This document shows positions 9,648-19,615 of a stretch of 64,000 nucleotides of DNA, piece by piece. Numbering within the stretch: the first letter of the stretch is position 1; each line of letters begins with the position of its first letter. The notes under the pieces are model-generated. The model saw only the letters and a program-made list of their open reading frames with translations, had not been told where the DNA came from and did no database searches. The stretch covers positions 114,315 through 178,314 of the forward strand of contig JAMOUV010000032.1 of NCBI GenBank assembly GCA_027067965.1, given 5' to 3'. The stretch is from Flavobacteriales bacterium. GTDB taxonomy: Bacteria; Bacteroidota; Bacteroidia; Flavobacteriales; Flavobacteriaceae. Made by a program: the position numbers and the translations under genes.

Positions 9648-11113
9648 GACTTGTAAATTTTGAGTTTGGTGCCGGGAGAGAGTTTTTTTCCAGACTTCAT
9701 CCCGTTCCATTGCATCAAATCCCGTACCGAAACCCTATATTTTCGGGAAATATCCCACAATGTGTCGCCCTGTTTTACGCGATAATAAATTATTTGTTTT
9801 TTCTTTGACTTTTTGTCAGGTGTCAATGCCATGCGCCTGACAGTGTATATTTTTAATTTTTGCCCGGCTCTTATTCGGCTACTTCGCAAACGGTTCCATC
9901 GTTTAATTTTTGAAACGGATGTGCCGTATTTCCGGGCGATTTTTCCCAAATAATCTCCGGGTTTTACCCGGTAAATGACATAATCGGGAAGTGTATAAAA
10001 TTTGGGCAGCGGTTTTTCTCTGTTATTCCAATCCTTTTCCACGGCGGCATAAAAATCCTTTTCATACAAACTGAATATCTGGGCCACCCGGTAAGGAAGA
10101 CGTAATAAATATTGTTTACCTTCGACGTATGGTATAATATCCAATTTATAAGCGGGATTAAGAAATTCCAATTCTTCTTCGGTGACGGGAAAAACTTTGG
10201 AAATTTGTTCGAAAGAAACGTGCTTTTTAATTTGAATCGTATCGGTCAATATATATTCATAGGCGGGTTTGACAGGTTTTATGCCGTAATAATCTCTAAA
10301 TTCATACAAAAACCAAACGGCAAGGAATTGGGGCACGTAGCCGGCCGTTTCGCGGGGCAAATAAAATCGTAAATTCCAATAATTCTTATATCCGCCCGAC
10401 CTTCTGATAGCACGAGATACATTTCCTGCGCCGGAATTATATGCCGCCAAAACCAAATTCCAATCTTTGAATAATTCATATAAATCTTTAAAGTGGAGTG
10501 AAGCGGCCCAGGTGGATAATTCGGGCGAAAAACGTTCGTCCAAATAAGATGTAATTTCCAGATGATAGGTTTTTCCGGTGTAATACATAAATTGCCATAA
10601 ACCCGCGGCCCCTGCAGGCGATACCGCCAATGGATTCAGTGCCGACTCGATGACGGGTAGGTGTTTTAATTCCAAAGGAATATTATTCTTGTCCAATTCT
10701 TGTTCAAACATGGGATAGTAGTAATGTTCACCCAAACCGAACAAACGTTGGAGGTGTTTTTTATTGGCCAACATATGCTTAACCGTCTTTTCCAAAACCG
10801 GATGATAAATAATTTCAATGGGCGATGTGGCATTGAGTTTTTCCAGTTGTGCTTTAAAAACTTCCGTATTAAAATCGTGAACCGTGATGCTATCGGATTC
10901 CATGCCCGAAATAAGCGGTGACAGTAGAAAACTTTCGTACCAAATGCTGTCAATTCTTTTCAAAGAGTCAATATCTTGAATGCCTGCCGCAAGTTCATCC
11001 AAACTCAGTGTGTCGGCCAAAATAATTTTTTCTTGTCCGAAAAATGCGGTCACAATCAAAAAGAAACAAAAACTCAATAATTTTTTCATATCAATTAAAC
11101 GCCTGTTCATCAT
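9644..11113 (-). CDS. lytic murein transglycosylase with two C-terminal LysM domains (MltD-like)
   Basis: SLT catalytic region (VIESALNPLAVSPAGAAGLWQFMYYTGK, AAYNSGAGNV) plus two LysM repeats (YRVKPGDYLGKIARKYGTSVSKIKRWN and YRVKQGDTLWDISRKYRVSVRDLMQWN). Confidence 0.87.
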   Translation of the reverse strand: MMNRRLIDMKKLLSFCFFLIVTAFFGQEKIILADTLSLDELAAGIQDIDSLKRIDSIWYESFLLSPLISGMESDSITVHDFNTEVFKAQLEKLNATSPIEIIYHPVLEKTVKHMLANKKHLQRLFGLGEHYYYPMFEQELDKNNIPLELKHLPVIESALNPLAVSPAGAAGLWQFMYYTGKTYHLEITSYLDERFSPELSTWAASLHFKDLYELFKDWNLVLAAYNSGAGNVSRAIRRSGGYKNYWNLRFYLPRETAGYVPQFLAVWFLYEFRDYYGIKPVKPAYEYILTDTIQIKKHVSFEQISKVFPVTEEELEFLNPAYKLDIIPYVEGKQYLLRLPYRVAQIFSLYEKDFYAAVEKDWNNREKPLPKFYTLPDYVIYRVKPGDYLGKIARKYGTSVSKIKRWNRLRSSRIRAGQKLKIYTVRRMALTPDKKSKKKQIIYYRVKQGDTLWDISRKYRVSVRDLMQWNGMKSGKKLSPGTKLKIYKS

Positions 11114-11116
11114 GAA

Positions 11117-12304
11117 TTATTCTTTCAATGCCTTTATACCGGGCAATTCTTTTCCTTCCAACATTTCTAACATTGCTCCGCCGCCGGTAGATACATAACT
11201 CACTGCATCTTCCAATCCGGCTTTTTTCAAAGCAGCCACGCTATCGCCGCCACCCACCAAAGTATAGGCGCCTTCTCGGGTTGCTTGAGCCAAATAGCGG
11301 GCAATTTCTTCGGTTCCGCGGGCAAAGGTATCCCATTCGAATACACCGGCCGGCCCATTCCATACTATGGTTTTGGATTGTAAAATCAAGTCTTTAATTT
11401 TTTGAAGAGTATCCGGACCGATGTCCAATCCCATCCAATTTTCGGGAATATTTCTACCTTTAAGTAAGCGGGTCCGGGCATCCGGAGCAAAGCGGTCGGC
11501 AATGACAAAATCCTCGGGCAATACTAAATTCACGCCTTTTTCGCGCGCCTGCTTGATAATTCGGTTCGCTTCGTCAATCAAGTCCGGTTCCACTAACGAA
11601 TTGCCGGTTTCATAGCCCAATGCTTTTAAAAACGTAAAAGTCATTCCACCCACAATAATGAGATTATCGACCAAATTGAGTAAATTTTTTAATACCCCTA
11701 ATTTAGAGGACACTTTGGCACCGCCTATAATGGCTGTAAACGGCTTTTCATTTTCTCTGAGCACTTTTTCGATATTTTTTACTTCATCGGCCAATAAATA
11801 CCCTGCCGCCTTTTTGCCGGGAAAAAAGCGGGCGATGACCGCCGTACTGGCATGGGCGCGGTGGGCCGTACCGAAGGCGTCGTTCACATAAAAATCTCCC
11901 AATTGGGCCAATTGCCGGGCAAATTCCACGTCACCTTTTTTTTCGCCGGGATGAAAACGTAAGTTTTCCAATAACATAACATCCCCCGGCTTGAGGTTCC
12001 GTGCTTTTGTGCGGCTATCTTCGCCTATAATATCACTTCCGAAAATAATTTTTCTATTCAATAATTTTTCCAATACCGGTATGATATGACGCAAACTATA
12101 TTTATCTTCTCTCTCTTTCGGTCTGCCCAGATGTGACATAAGGATCACACTTCCACCGTCATTTAGAATTTTATTAATCGTAGGCAAGGCACGGCGGATA
12201 CGGGTATCGTCGGTCACATGAAACCGGTCGTCCAAGGGGACATTGAAATCAACCCTGACCAATACTTTTTGGTTTTTAAAATTAAAATCATCTATGGTTT
12301 TCAT
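11117..12304 (-). CDS. pgk: phosphoglycerate kinase
   Basis: VLVRVDFNVPLD, SHLGRPKE, GGGDS and STGGGA motifs. The ATG at 12304 (MKTIDDFNF) is preferred over the TTG at 12310. Confidence 0.95.
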   Translation of the reverse strand: MKTIDDFNFKNQKVLVRVDFNVPLDDRFHVTDDTRIRRALPTINKILNDGGSVILMSHLGRPKEREDKYSLRHIIPVLEKLLNRKIIFGSDIIGEDSRTKARNLKPGDVMLLENLRFHPGEKKGDVEFARQLAQLGDFYVNDAFGTAHRAHASTAVIARFFPGKKAAGYLLADEVKNIEKVLRENEKPFTAIIGGAKVSSKLGVLKNLLNLVDNLIIVGGMTFTFLKALGYETGNSLVEPDLIDEANRIIKQAREKGVNLVLPEDFVIADRFAPDARTRLLKGRNIPENWMGLDIGPDTLQKIKDLILQSKTIVWNGPAGVFEWDTFARGTEEIARYLAQATREGAYTLVGGGDSVAALKKAGLEDAVSYVSTGGGAMLEMLEGKELPGIKALKE

Positions 12305-12318
12305 TCTCAAAAGGGTTT

Positions 12319-12358
12319 AAAAAGAAAGGCAGGTAAAATTACGTATTTACCTGCCTTT
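12319..12358 (-). terminator. rho-independent terminator after the OmpA-family gene
   Basis: A 13-bp perfect stem AAAGGCAGGTAAA / TTTACCTGCCTTT with an 8-nt loop, followed on the minus strand by CTTTTT. Confidence 0.6.
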
Positions 12359-12383
12359 ATACAAATATTCCCGTGATTAAATC

Positions 12384-14312
12384 TTATTCGGTTTCCGATT
12401 CTTGTTTTTTATCGGTTATTATAAAGAAATCGGAACGTCGATTGATTTGATGTTGTTCTTCCGTACAACTGTTGCAAGGATTACATTCGATTTTGGGTTC
12501 GGTTTCTCCTTTTCCTTCCCAGGTTAAACGACTGGCGTCAATACCTTTTGAAATAATATATTGTACGGTTGCTTTGGCACGTTTTTCCGATAAACGTTGG
12601 TTATACGGAATAGAACCACGGCAATCGGTATGAGAAACTACATGAATCTTCATTTGCGGATATTTCTTCATGGCTTCCACCACGTTATCCAATTCGAATG
12701 CTGCATCTCGCCGTATATTCCATTTGTCGAAATCGAAATAAATGGGCTTGATATTTAATTTTTCCGCCGTGATTATTTCTTCTATAGGATTAAGTTCGAT
12801 GGTTACATCCACGGCTTCGTCATAAGTAGCGGGAATAGTTACCTTGGCATTTTCATGTTCTTCGGCACGCGCTTCCAAAACAACATCTTTACCGCCTTCG
12901 ATTAAGAAATCTACGATTCCATCGGCATTTGCCACTTTAGTAGCCATCGGATTGCCGGAATCGTCGGTCAAGACAACCGTCGCATTGGGAATCGGACGTT
13001 TGGTTTTGGCATCGATAACTTTTGCTTCAACCAATACATCGAATACGGGCTTGATAGCTTGTACATTAAAAATATCGTAATCGCCGTATTTTTTTGCGCC
13101 ACGGTTACTGGCCATAAATCCTTTTTTCTCTTTCGGATAAAATACAAACGTAATATCATCGGAGGCACTGTTTACCGGAACGCCCAAGTTGCGAGCGCGT
13201 GAGAATTTACCATCCACCAATTTGGAAGCAAAGATATCACGTCCGCCCAATCCCAAATGGCCGTCGGAAGCGAAATAAAGTGTATTATCTACAAAATAAG
13301 GATAATCTTCACGTCCTTCGGTATTGATTTCAGGACCCAGGTGAACAGGTTCACCGAAAGTGCCGTCATCATTTATGTCCACATAGAAAATATCGGATTC
13401 GCCGAAAGTACCGGGTCGGTTTGAGGCGAAATACATACGCTTACCATCTTCCGTTACAGCCGGATGAGCGGTGTCGAAATAATCGCTATTAAAAGGCAAT
13501 TCCTTATCATTCACCCATCTTGTTCCGTCCCATTTAGCCATATATATTTTAAGGTGTGTAATTCCGGCGGAATCGACTTTCAGATTTTTTTCCTTAAAAT
13601 TATTACGGGTAAAATATATGATTTTTCCATCCGGCGAAAAACTAAAAGCACCTTCGTGATATTTGGTATTCACTGCGCCTCGAACTTGGTGCAAGTTACT
13701 GGCCAATCCGCCCACATAATCGGCTTCGAAAATTTCGCCGTAAGGTTGTCCGTCCCACATGTGTTTTTTGTTCAAAACCCGGTGGGTTACAAAATAGATT
13801 TTGTTTCCTTTTACCTGCGCGCCGTAATCGGCAAATTCCGAGTTCAAATTCGCGTCTTCGTGCACAATAAATTTCTTGCGTTTCCTGTCTAAAATTTTAA
13901 CTAAATATCCGGGGTTCTGTTTATAGGCGATGGCCCGGTGATCGGAAGGCCGCATTTCAGCGAATTTTTTCATCCAAGGTTCACTTTGTCTATATTTACC
14001 GAGGGATTTTAGCATTTGTGCATAACGGAAATAAACTTCCGGATCGTCGGTCGTTTTAAGGATTTTTTTATAATAACGAACGGCATTCCTCGGATCAAAT
14101 ACATTGTAATATGCATCTGCTAATTTACGATATACATAGGCATCCGCTTTTCCGGCTTTTTCGGCTTTCTTATAATATTCGATGGCCTTTAGGTATTCCA
14201 GATTTTCAAAATATTTATCCGCTTTTTGTACGGTAGAACTCTTTTTTTGTTGAGCTTGCACAGCCATTAAACCGATAAAGACTGCCAGAACTATTGTAAA
14301 AACTCTTCTCAT
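12384..14312 (-). CDS. TPR / TolB-like beta-propeller / carboxypeptidase-regulatory-like / OmpA_C peptidoglycan-binding protein (PG1058-like architecture)
   Basis: Signal peptide, then TPR-like YFENLEYLKAIEYYKKA. Repeated FSPDGK..YF.SNR propeller blades follow, then a CRD-like VIDAKTKRPIPNATVVLTD. The OmpA_C end reads SHTDCRG...YNQRLSEKRAKA...NRRSDF. Confidence 0.8.
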   Translation of the reverse strand: MRRVFTIVLAVFIGLMAVQAQQKKSSTVQKADKYFENLEYLKAIEYYKKAEKAGKADAYVYRKLADAYYNVFDPRNAVRYYKKILKTTDDPEVYFRYAQMLKSLGKYRQSEPWMKKFAEMRPSDHRAIAYKQNPGYLVKILDRKRKKFIVHEDANLNSEFADYGAQVKGNKIYFVTHRVLNKKHMWDGQPYGEIFEADYVGGLASNLHQVRGAVNTKYHEGAFSFSPDGKIIYFTRNNFKEKNLKVDSAGITHLKIYMAKWDGTRWVNDKELPFNSDYFDTAHPAVTEDGKRMYFASNRPGTFGESDIFYVDINDDGTFGEPVHLGPEINTEGREDYPYFVDNTLYFASDGHLGLGGRDIFASKLVDGKFSRARNLGVPVNSASDDITFVFYPKEKKGFMASNRGAKKYGDYDIFNVQAIKPVFDVLVEAKVIDAKTKRPIPNATVVLTDDSGNPMATKVANADGIVDFLIEGGKDVVLEARAEEHENAKVTIPATYDEAVDVTIELNPIEEIITAEKLNIKPIYFDFDKWNIRRDAAFELDNVVEAMKKYPQMKIHVVSHTDCRGSIPYNQRLSEKRAKATVQYIISKGIDASRLTWEGKGETEPKIECNPCNSCTEEQHQINRRSDFFIITDKKQESETE

Positions 14313-14333
14313 AATAATCTTTTTTAAATTTTA

Positions 14334-15254
14334 TTAAAAATAAATTGGTGACATTAAAGCACGTTGCTTAGCGTAAGGAACCACGAAGTTAATAAATAAC
14401 TCATGGGTACTGGGACTATAAAATTTCATCATGGAAGTGGTCCTGTCATAGGCATATCCGATTCTAATATTGTCGGTTAGCATATAATTAATCAAACCGC
14501 CAAACGAATCTTTCAATCTGTAAAACAGACCGAGTTCCAATTTATCATACATAAACAAGTTCGCGCTAAAAATGCTGGAAATAGGCGAACCGTTTGCTTT
14601 ATAAACCATTACATGGGGTTTTAATTTGAAATTCTCACCCATATCAAATACATATCCTGCCGTTCCGAAATAATGTATGGTACGTCCTTGCGTCCATGAA
14701 GAACCGGATTGTTCATAGGGTCCGGTATTGAGATTCGGAGCTGAAAGTCCTACATAAAATTTCTCGGAATATAAAAATGCTCCCACTCCGTAAAGCAATT
14801 TCATTACCGTAGGATTTACGGATAACAAAGGATCGCCCGGGTGAACTACCGATAATGATTTAAAGTCCATATGATCACGGGCCAAACCTACATTCAATCC
14901 AAAGGCGAGATTTAATTCGGGAGCCAATTCAATGGTATAGGAATAATCCAATTTGATATCCGTTTGACCTACCGGACCGTATTTATCATGCATGGCCGAC
15001 AAGCCCAATCCCATTTTTTCTCCCAAAGGTGAATGGATATTAAAGACAAAGGTTTCGGGGTGCCCCGATTGTCCCACCCATTGGGTTCTGTACAGAAATC
15101 CTCCTGCAAGTCCGTTTTTAATTCCGGCATAGGCAGGGTTCACAACGTTCATGTTATACATGTATTGTGTATAATGCGGTGCTTGTTGGCCAAACACTTG
15201 CATACCGAAAATCAGCGCCGCAAATAAAACGAGGTTTTTCATATATTTTCTCAT
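14334..15254 (-). CDS. T9SS PorP/SprF-family outer-membrane protein
   Basis: A 306-aa protein with a signal peptide, then QQAPHYTQYMYNMNVVNPAYAG, the characteristic PorP/SprF N-terminus. It has a beta-barrel pattern and lies directly downstream of a type-B CTD cargo gene. Confidence 0.85.
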   Translation of the reverse strand: MRKYMKNLVLFAALIFGMQVFGQQAPHYTQYMYNMNVVNPAYAGIKNGLAGGFLYRTQWVGQSGHPETFVFNIHSPLGEKMGLGLSAMHDKYGPVGQTDIKLDYSYTIELAPELNLAFGLNVGLARDHMDFKSLSVVHPGDPLLSVNPTVMKLLYGVGAFLYSEKFYVGLSAPNLNTGPYEQSGSSWTQGRTIHYFGTAGYVFDMGENFKLKPHVMVYKANGSPISSIFSANLFMYDKLELGLFYRLKDSFGGLINYMLTDNIRIGYAYDRTTSMMKFYSPSTHELFINFVVPYAKQRALMSPIYF

Positions 15255-15271
15255 ACTTTTTACTTTTAATG

Positions 15272-16819
15272 TTATTTAATAAGATATACCCAACCGGTTT
15301 TTACGGAACCGTCTTTTAATTTTATTACATAATAATAGGTAGCTGCAGGCAAAGGATCTCCGTTCTTGTTCTGTCCGTGCCATTCATCCACATATCCGTT
15401 TTCTTTTTCAAATACCACGGCTCCCCAACGGTTAAATATTTGAACTTTATCAATACCTTCTCTTGCATTGAGGAAATCCAAAATGAAGGCGTCATTTTTG
15501 CTGTCATTATTCGGTGTAATGGCTTCGGGGATGATACATGCACTATTGATATAATCCGTGATTACAATTTCATCCCTGGTAGTACAATTTCCATGGGTTA
15601 CTTCAACCGCATAAGTACCTTCGGCTGTCACTTGATAATGCGGACCGTTGGCGCCGCTTATAAGATGACCGTTTCTATACCACTGATAACTCAAATCATT
15701 TGCGTTTTGAAAATCGGACATATTTTTGGGTGTAGCGTCCAATACAATTTCGTCGTCTTTACAACGATAAAAATCATTACCCAAATCAACTACGGGCGAA
15801 GGAACAACCTTAATTTCTCCTTCGTCATAAGCTATCGTTTCATTACCGGCACAGTCGTAATAAGTGACTTGGCAGGTATAAGGACCGTTGTAACTATCCA
15901 TCGGCACCCTGAGTTCACTTGTATTGGAATTCGGAACCGGATTGCGGTCCGCATCGTACCATGTAATCGTATAATGTTCGGGAGAATCATCCGGCCGGAA
16001 AATCCATGCTTCGGGATTATCCAAACTATCTATGGCCCAAACACTGGTATTTCTATTCACCATTGAATGCTCCGTGCTTTCATCTCCGGGATAAGCACCA
16101 CATGTGGCATCATCATTTTGAATACCTAATACGGCCAATCCGTCGTTCCAATCATCACAAACCGGCTTATGCTTCATATGTACTTCAATGCTGTAACCGT
16201 TTTCGTTTAAAACGATTTGTTGTGAAGTGGATTGTTCCCAACACCAAAATTGCGGGATTTCATGATAAGTAATAATAAATTGGCGATTGGGGGCCTGACC
16301 CCTCACTTCATACTTAATCTCCGACATATCGTTTCGTTCTTCTGCATCCATATCATGAAAAGCACCCATTATTGATGCATAGGATACACCCCACCAATCA
16401 TAATAAGGAAGTTCGATGTTCGGAATAAGTTGATAATCAAATAAAAAATAAGAATCAAATGTTCCCGTTAAGTGCGGCTGAAAAATAATATCTCCATTTG
16501 TTCCTATAACCAATTTATCATAAGGTTCGCCAAAAAAATAAAAGGTAAATCCTATATCGATAGGATCGGAATAAACATCATCAATATCCAAAGGTATATT
16601 TTCCAGAAGCACATCATTAGCGTTTGTAAAATCGGAATCATAATTAAATGGAATACTATCCGTCACATAGCCGTTGCTTAACAATGCCGAAATGTTTGCA
16701 CGAAGAACCCCATAGGATTCCGTATCACAGACCGTATCGTTATACACAACAACTTGTGCTTGCAGTAAACCAAGTCCTGTGAATAACATAAAAATAAACA
16801 GGTAGGTAATCTTTCTCAT
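15272..16819 (-). CDS. secreted protein with T9SS type B (gliding-motility-associated, CHU_C-like) C-terminal sorting domain
   Basis: Signal peptide, then a C-terminus IPEAITPNNDSKNDAFILDF...VQIFNRWGAVVFEK...ATYYYVIKLKDGSVKTGWVYLIK that matches the type B CTD pattern. The N-terminal passenger domain is not recognised. Confidence 0.8.
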   Translation of the reverse strand: MRKITYLFIFMLFTGLGLLQAQVVVYNDTVCDTESYGVLRANISALLSNGYVTDSIPFNYDSDFTNANDVLLENIPLDIDDVYSDPIDIGFTFYFFGEPYDKLVIGTNGDIIFQPHLTGTFDSYFLFDYQLIPNIELPYYDWWGVSYASIMGAFHDMDAEERNDMSEIKYEVRGQAPNRQFIITYHEIPQFWCWEQSTSQQIVLNENGYSIEVHMKHKPVCDDWNDGLAVLGIQNDDATCGAYPGDESTEHSMVNRNTSVWAIDSLDNPEAWIFRPDDSPEHYTITWYDADRNPVPNSNTSELRVPMDSYNGPYTCQVTYYDCAGNETIAYDEGEIKVVPSPVVDLGNDFYRCKDDEIVLDATPKNMSDFQNANDLSYQWYRNGHLISGANGPHYQVTAEGTYAVEVTHGNCTTRDEIVITDYINSACIIPEAITPNNDSKNDAFILDFLNAREGIDKVQIFNRWGAVVFEKENGYVDEWHGQNKNGDPLPAATYYYVIKLKDGSVKTGWVYLIK

Positions 16820-17099
16820 AACTTTTTCTATTTTAATTACAAATATAAATGATTAATTTTAAGAAACAAAAATTTTTTTATTAACACAAAGTGTTAAATC
16901 TATAAAATATTTTGAAGGGAATATAATCCTTTTCTTTTATTCATTTTCTAACAATTGTTTGTTTGTGATTTTTTTGCTTTATGAGTATTAATACCATGTT
17001 TTTTAAACTCACGAAATAATCATTGTTTTGCTATCGGCAAAATACGTAACTTTAGGCATGATTTTAGTATCAGTGAAAAAAAATAAAATTATAGCATTT

Positions 17100-19187
17100 A
17101 TGAAAAGGAATTATAAAGCCATTTTAACCGTATTTATACTAGCGGCAATGCTTTTTTCGTTTATTAAATATGAAAAAAAGAAACAACAGGATTTAAAAAG
17201 AGAACAAACTATTTTGAGTTCCATATTATATATCTTGGACAATTATCATTATCAGCCGAAAGAAATTAATGATGAATTTTCCGCAAAACTTTTTTCGGAA
17301 TACATCAAACGAGTTGATCCTTCCAAACGCTATTTCTTGAAAAAAGATATTGATTCGCTTTCTAAATATAAACATGATTTGGACAATCAAATCAGAGAAA
17401 TGCGATTTGATTTTTTTAATGATATCTTCAAGCTCTTGATGATGCGGCAAAAGGAAAGCGAAAAAATCTTTAAGGACATCATCGCTCATCCCATCGATCT
17501 AAATGAAAGGGACAGTATTGTTTTTGATACCGACATGATTGATTTTCCAAAAGATTATTCGGAAAAATACAGACGATGGAAACAACATATCAAATATTCC
17601 ATTCTTACCGATATCCATCAAGAAAAGAAAAGCGAAGAAAATAAAGATAAATCCAAAGACGATTTAAAAAAACACGGTATCGATATAACCAATAAAAATT
17701 TTAAAAGTTTTTTTGAAAATTTATTCGACTTGAATCGCAACGATTATTTGGCTTTGTATTTTTCTACTATTGCCGAAATGTACGATCCGCATACCACCTA
17801 CTTCAAGCCCATGGATAAAGAAAGATTTGATATGGATATGAGCGGTTCGTTCGAGGGCATTGGTGCACGCTTACAAAAGGAAGGCGCATATACCAAAATA
17901 GTCGAATTGATTCCGGGCGGCCCTGCATGGAAAGACGGCAAACTCGAAGTAGGCGACATTATTCTTAAAGTACGTCAGGAAGATGAAGACGAAGCATTGG
18001 ACGTAGTTGGCATGCGTTTGGATAAAATCGTACAGAAAATTCGGGGCAAAAAAGGCACGACGGTTTACTTGACGGTCAAGAAATTAAACGGAAAAATTAT
18101 AGAAATTCCGATTGTGCGCGACAAAGTGATTTTGGAAGAAACTTTTGCCAAATCCCTTATCATCGATCATGATAAGAATAAGACCGGTTACATTTATTTA
18201 CCGAAGTTCTATCATAATTTCAATAATACGGACGATAGAAATTCCGCCACCGATATTAAAAAGGAATTGGAGAAATTGGAAAAAAATAACACACATGGCG
18301 TAATTATAGATTTGCGTAATAACGGCGGCGGTTCGTTGGCCGACGTAATAGATATTGCGGGTTATTTTATTAAAAAAGGTAGCATCGTGCAAGTACGCAA
18401 CCGCAATGGACGCATCCGAATACATCGCGATAATGATACATCTTTTCAATATGACAAACCGGTAGTGGTCCTCGTGAATGAATTATCGGCTTCGGCATCC
18501 GAAATACTTGCGGCCGCTTTGCAAGACTACAAACGGGCCGTTATTATTGGCGGCAATCAAACCTACGGCAAAGGCACGGTACAGAAATTCATCGATTTAA
18601 ATGAAATAACCGGCCCGAATCCTTGGGGCAAACTGGGGTCTCTTAAATGGACTACGCAAAAATTTTATCGTGTTTCTGGCGGATCCACTCAACAAAGAGG
18701 CGTCATTCCCGATATCAACCTTCCCGACCGTTTCAAATATCTGAAATTCGGTGAAAAAGATTTGGAAAATGCCCTTCCCTATGACACCATCGAGCCGGCC
18801 TCTTATAAACCATGGGATAAATATGAAAATTATAATCAGGTCATCAGAACCATCATAACCCAAACCGACACCATGCGGATTTTCAACTACCTTGATACAT
18901 TGGCCCGTTATTTTCAACAAAATAGTGAACGTAAGGTATATCCACTCCGAGCAAGCGAATTCTTTAACCTGATGAAAGAAAATGAGAAAAAAGCAGCGGA
19001 ATTGGATAGCTTAACCCGCTATAAGAACCGGCTTCAATTCCGGCTCATTCCGCAAGATTCTTTGGAACATGCCGGTGACACGATTTTCTTTTCGAAACGC
19101 AAACGAATGATTGAAAAACTGGAAGCGGATCCTTATCTCGAACAAGCGGTTCGGGCCGTAGAAATGCTCAAAGTTAAAGCATCATGA
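17100..19187 (+). CDS. S41-family carboxy-terminal processing (tail-specific, Prc/Ctp-like) protease
   Basis: N-terminal TM/signal, a PDZ region (FEGIGARLQKEG...GGPAWKDGKLEVGDIILKV), and an S41 catalytic region (DLRNNGGGSL, VVLVNELSASASEILA, GKGTVQ). The ATG at 17100 is preferred over the listed TTG at 17028. Confidence 0.9.
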   Translation: MKRNYKAILTVFILAAMLFSFIKYEKKKQQDLKREQTILSSILYILDNYHYQPKEINDEFSAKLFSEYIKRVDPSKRYFLKKDIDSLSKYKHDLDNQIREMRFDFFNDIFKLLMMRQKESEKIFKDIIAHPIDLNERDSIVFDTDMIDFPKDYSEKYRRWKQHIKYSILTDIHQEKKSEENKDKSKDDLKKHGIDITNKNFKSFFENLFDLNRNDYLALYFSTIAEMYDPHTTYFKPMDKERFDMDMSGSFEGIGARLQKEGAYTKIVELIPGGPAWKDGKLEVGDIILKVRQEDEDEALDVVGMRLDKIVQKIRGKKGTTVYLTVKKLNGKIIEIPIVRDKVILEETFAKSLIIDHDKNKTGYIYLPKFYHNFNNTDDRNSATDIKKELEKLEKNNTHGVIIDLRNNGGGSLADVIDIAGYFIKKGSIVQVRNRNGRIRIHRDNDTSFQYDKPVVVLVNELSASASEILAAALQDYKRAVIIGGNQTYGKGTVQKFIDLNEITGPNPWGKLGSLKWTTQKFYRVSGGSTQQRGVIPDINLPDRFKYLKFGEKDLENALPYDTIEPASYKPWDKYENYNQVIRTIITQTDTMRIFNYLDTLARYFQQNSERKVYPLRASEFFNLMKENEKKAAELDSLTRYKNRLQFRLIPQDSLEHAGDTIFFSKRKRMIEKLEADPYLEQAVRAVEMLKVKAS

Positions 19188-19603
19188 AAACAAAAAGAAT
19201 AATAGGTTTATTTCTATTGCTATTTATATTCGGATGCAAAGAACGCGCATATAAGAATCCTTATCTGCAAGATGTCTCATTCGATATCATGATTAACCTC
19301 GACTTGCCTCAATACGCTTCTTTGCAATATCCCGGCAGTGCGCTTTATGTGGCACAAGGTGGTATTAAGGGTGTGTTTATTTTTAATTCCGGCGACGGCT
19401 TTAATGCTTTCGAAGCATCCGATCCGAATCATTATCCCAATGATTGTTCCACCATGCAAGCGAACGGCACCTCTGTGATTTGTCCTTGCGAAAATAATCG
19501 TTACAGTTTGTCGGACGGTCATTTAATGTCCGGCGAAGGTCAATACGGGCTCAAACCTTATCATGTGCAGCAAAACGGACATATTATTCATATATATAAT
19601 TAA
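19184..19603 (+). CDS. small lipoprotein with a degenerate Rieske-like motif
   Basis: Signal peptide plus lipobox (LLFIFGCKE). DPNHYPNDC-x12-CPCENNRYSLSDG parallels Rieske box I/II (CxH...CPCHGSxY) with ligand positions replaced. The start overlaps the Ctp stop (ATGA at 19184-19187). Confidence 0.6.
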   Translation: MKTKRIIGLFLLLFIFGCKERAYKNPYLQDVSFDIMINLDLPQYASLQYPGSALYVAQGGIKGVFIFNSGDGFNAFEASDPNHYPNDCSTMQANGTSVICPCENNRYSLSDGHLMSGEGQYGLKPYHVQQNGHIIHIYN

Positions 19604-19615
19604 ATCAACCGAATC

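Noticed and set aside
9648-9710. A 21-codon extension of the DUF4837-like ORF.
   Set aside because: It overlaps the LysM protein's C-terminus. The ATG at 9647 gives an ATGA stop/start overlap and a clean signal peptide with lipobox.
12384-12500. A Cys-rich tail (ECNPCNSC in copy 1, KCKVCEKC in copy 2 at 52571-52660) in both OmpA-family paralogs, considered as a possible novel metal site.
   Set aside because: A Cys pair just before the terminal (D/N)RR.(E/D) strand is a normal feature of OmpA_C domains; E. coli OmpA has a disulfide there. This is probably a variant of that.
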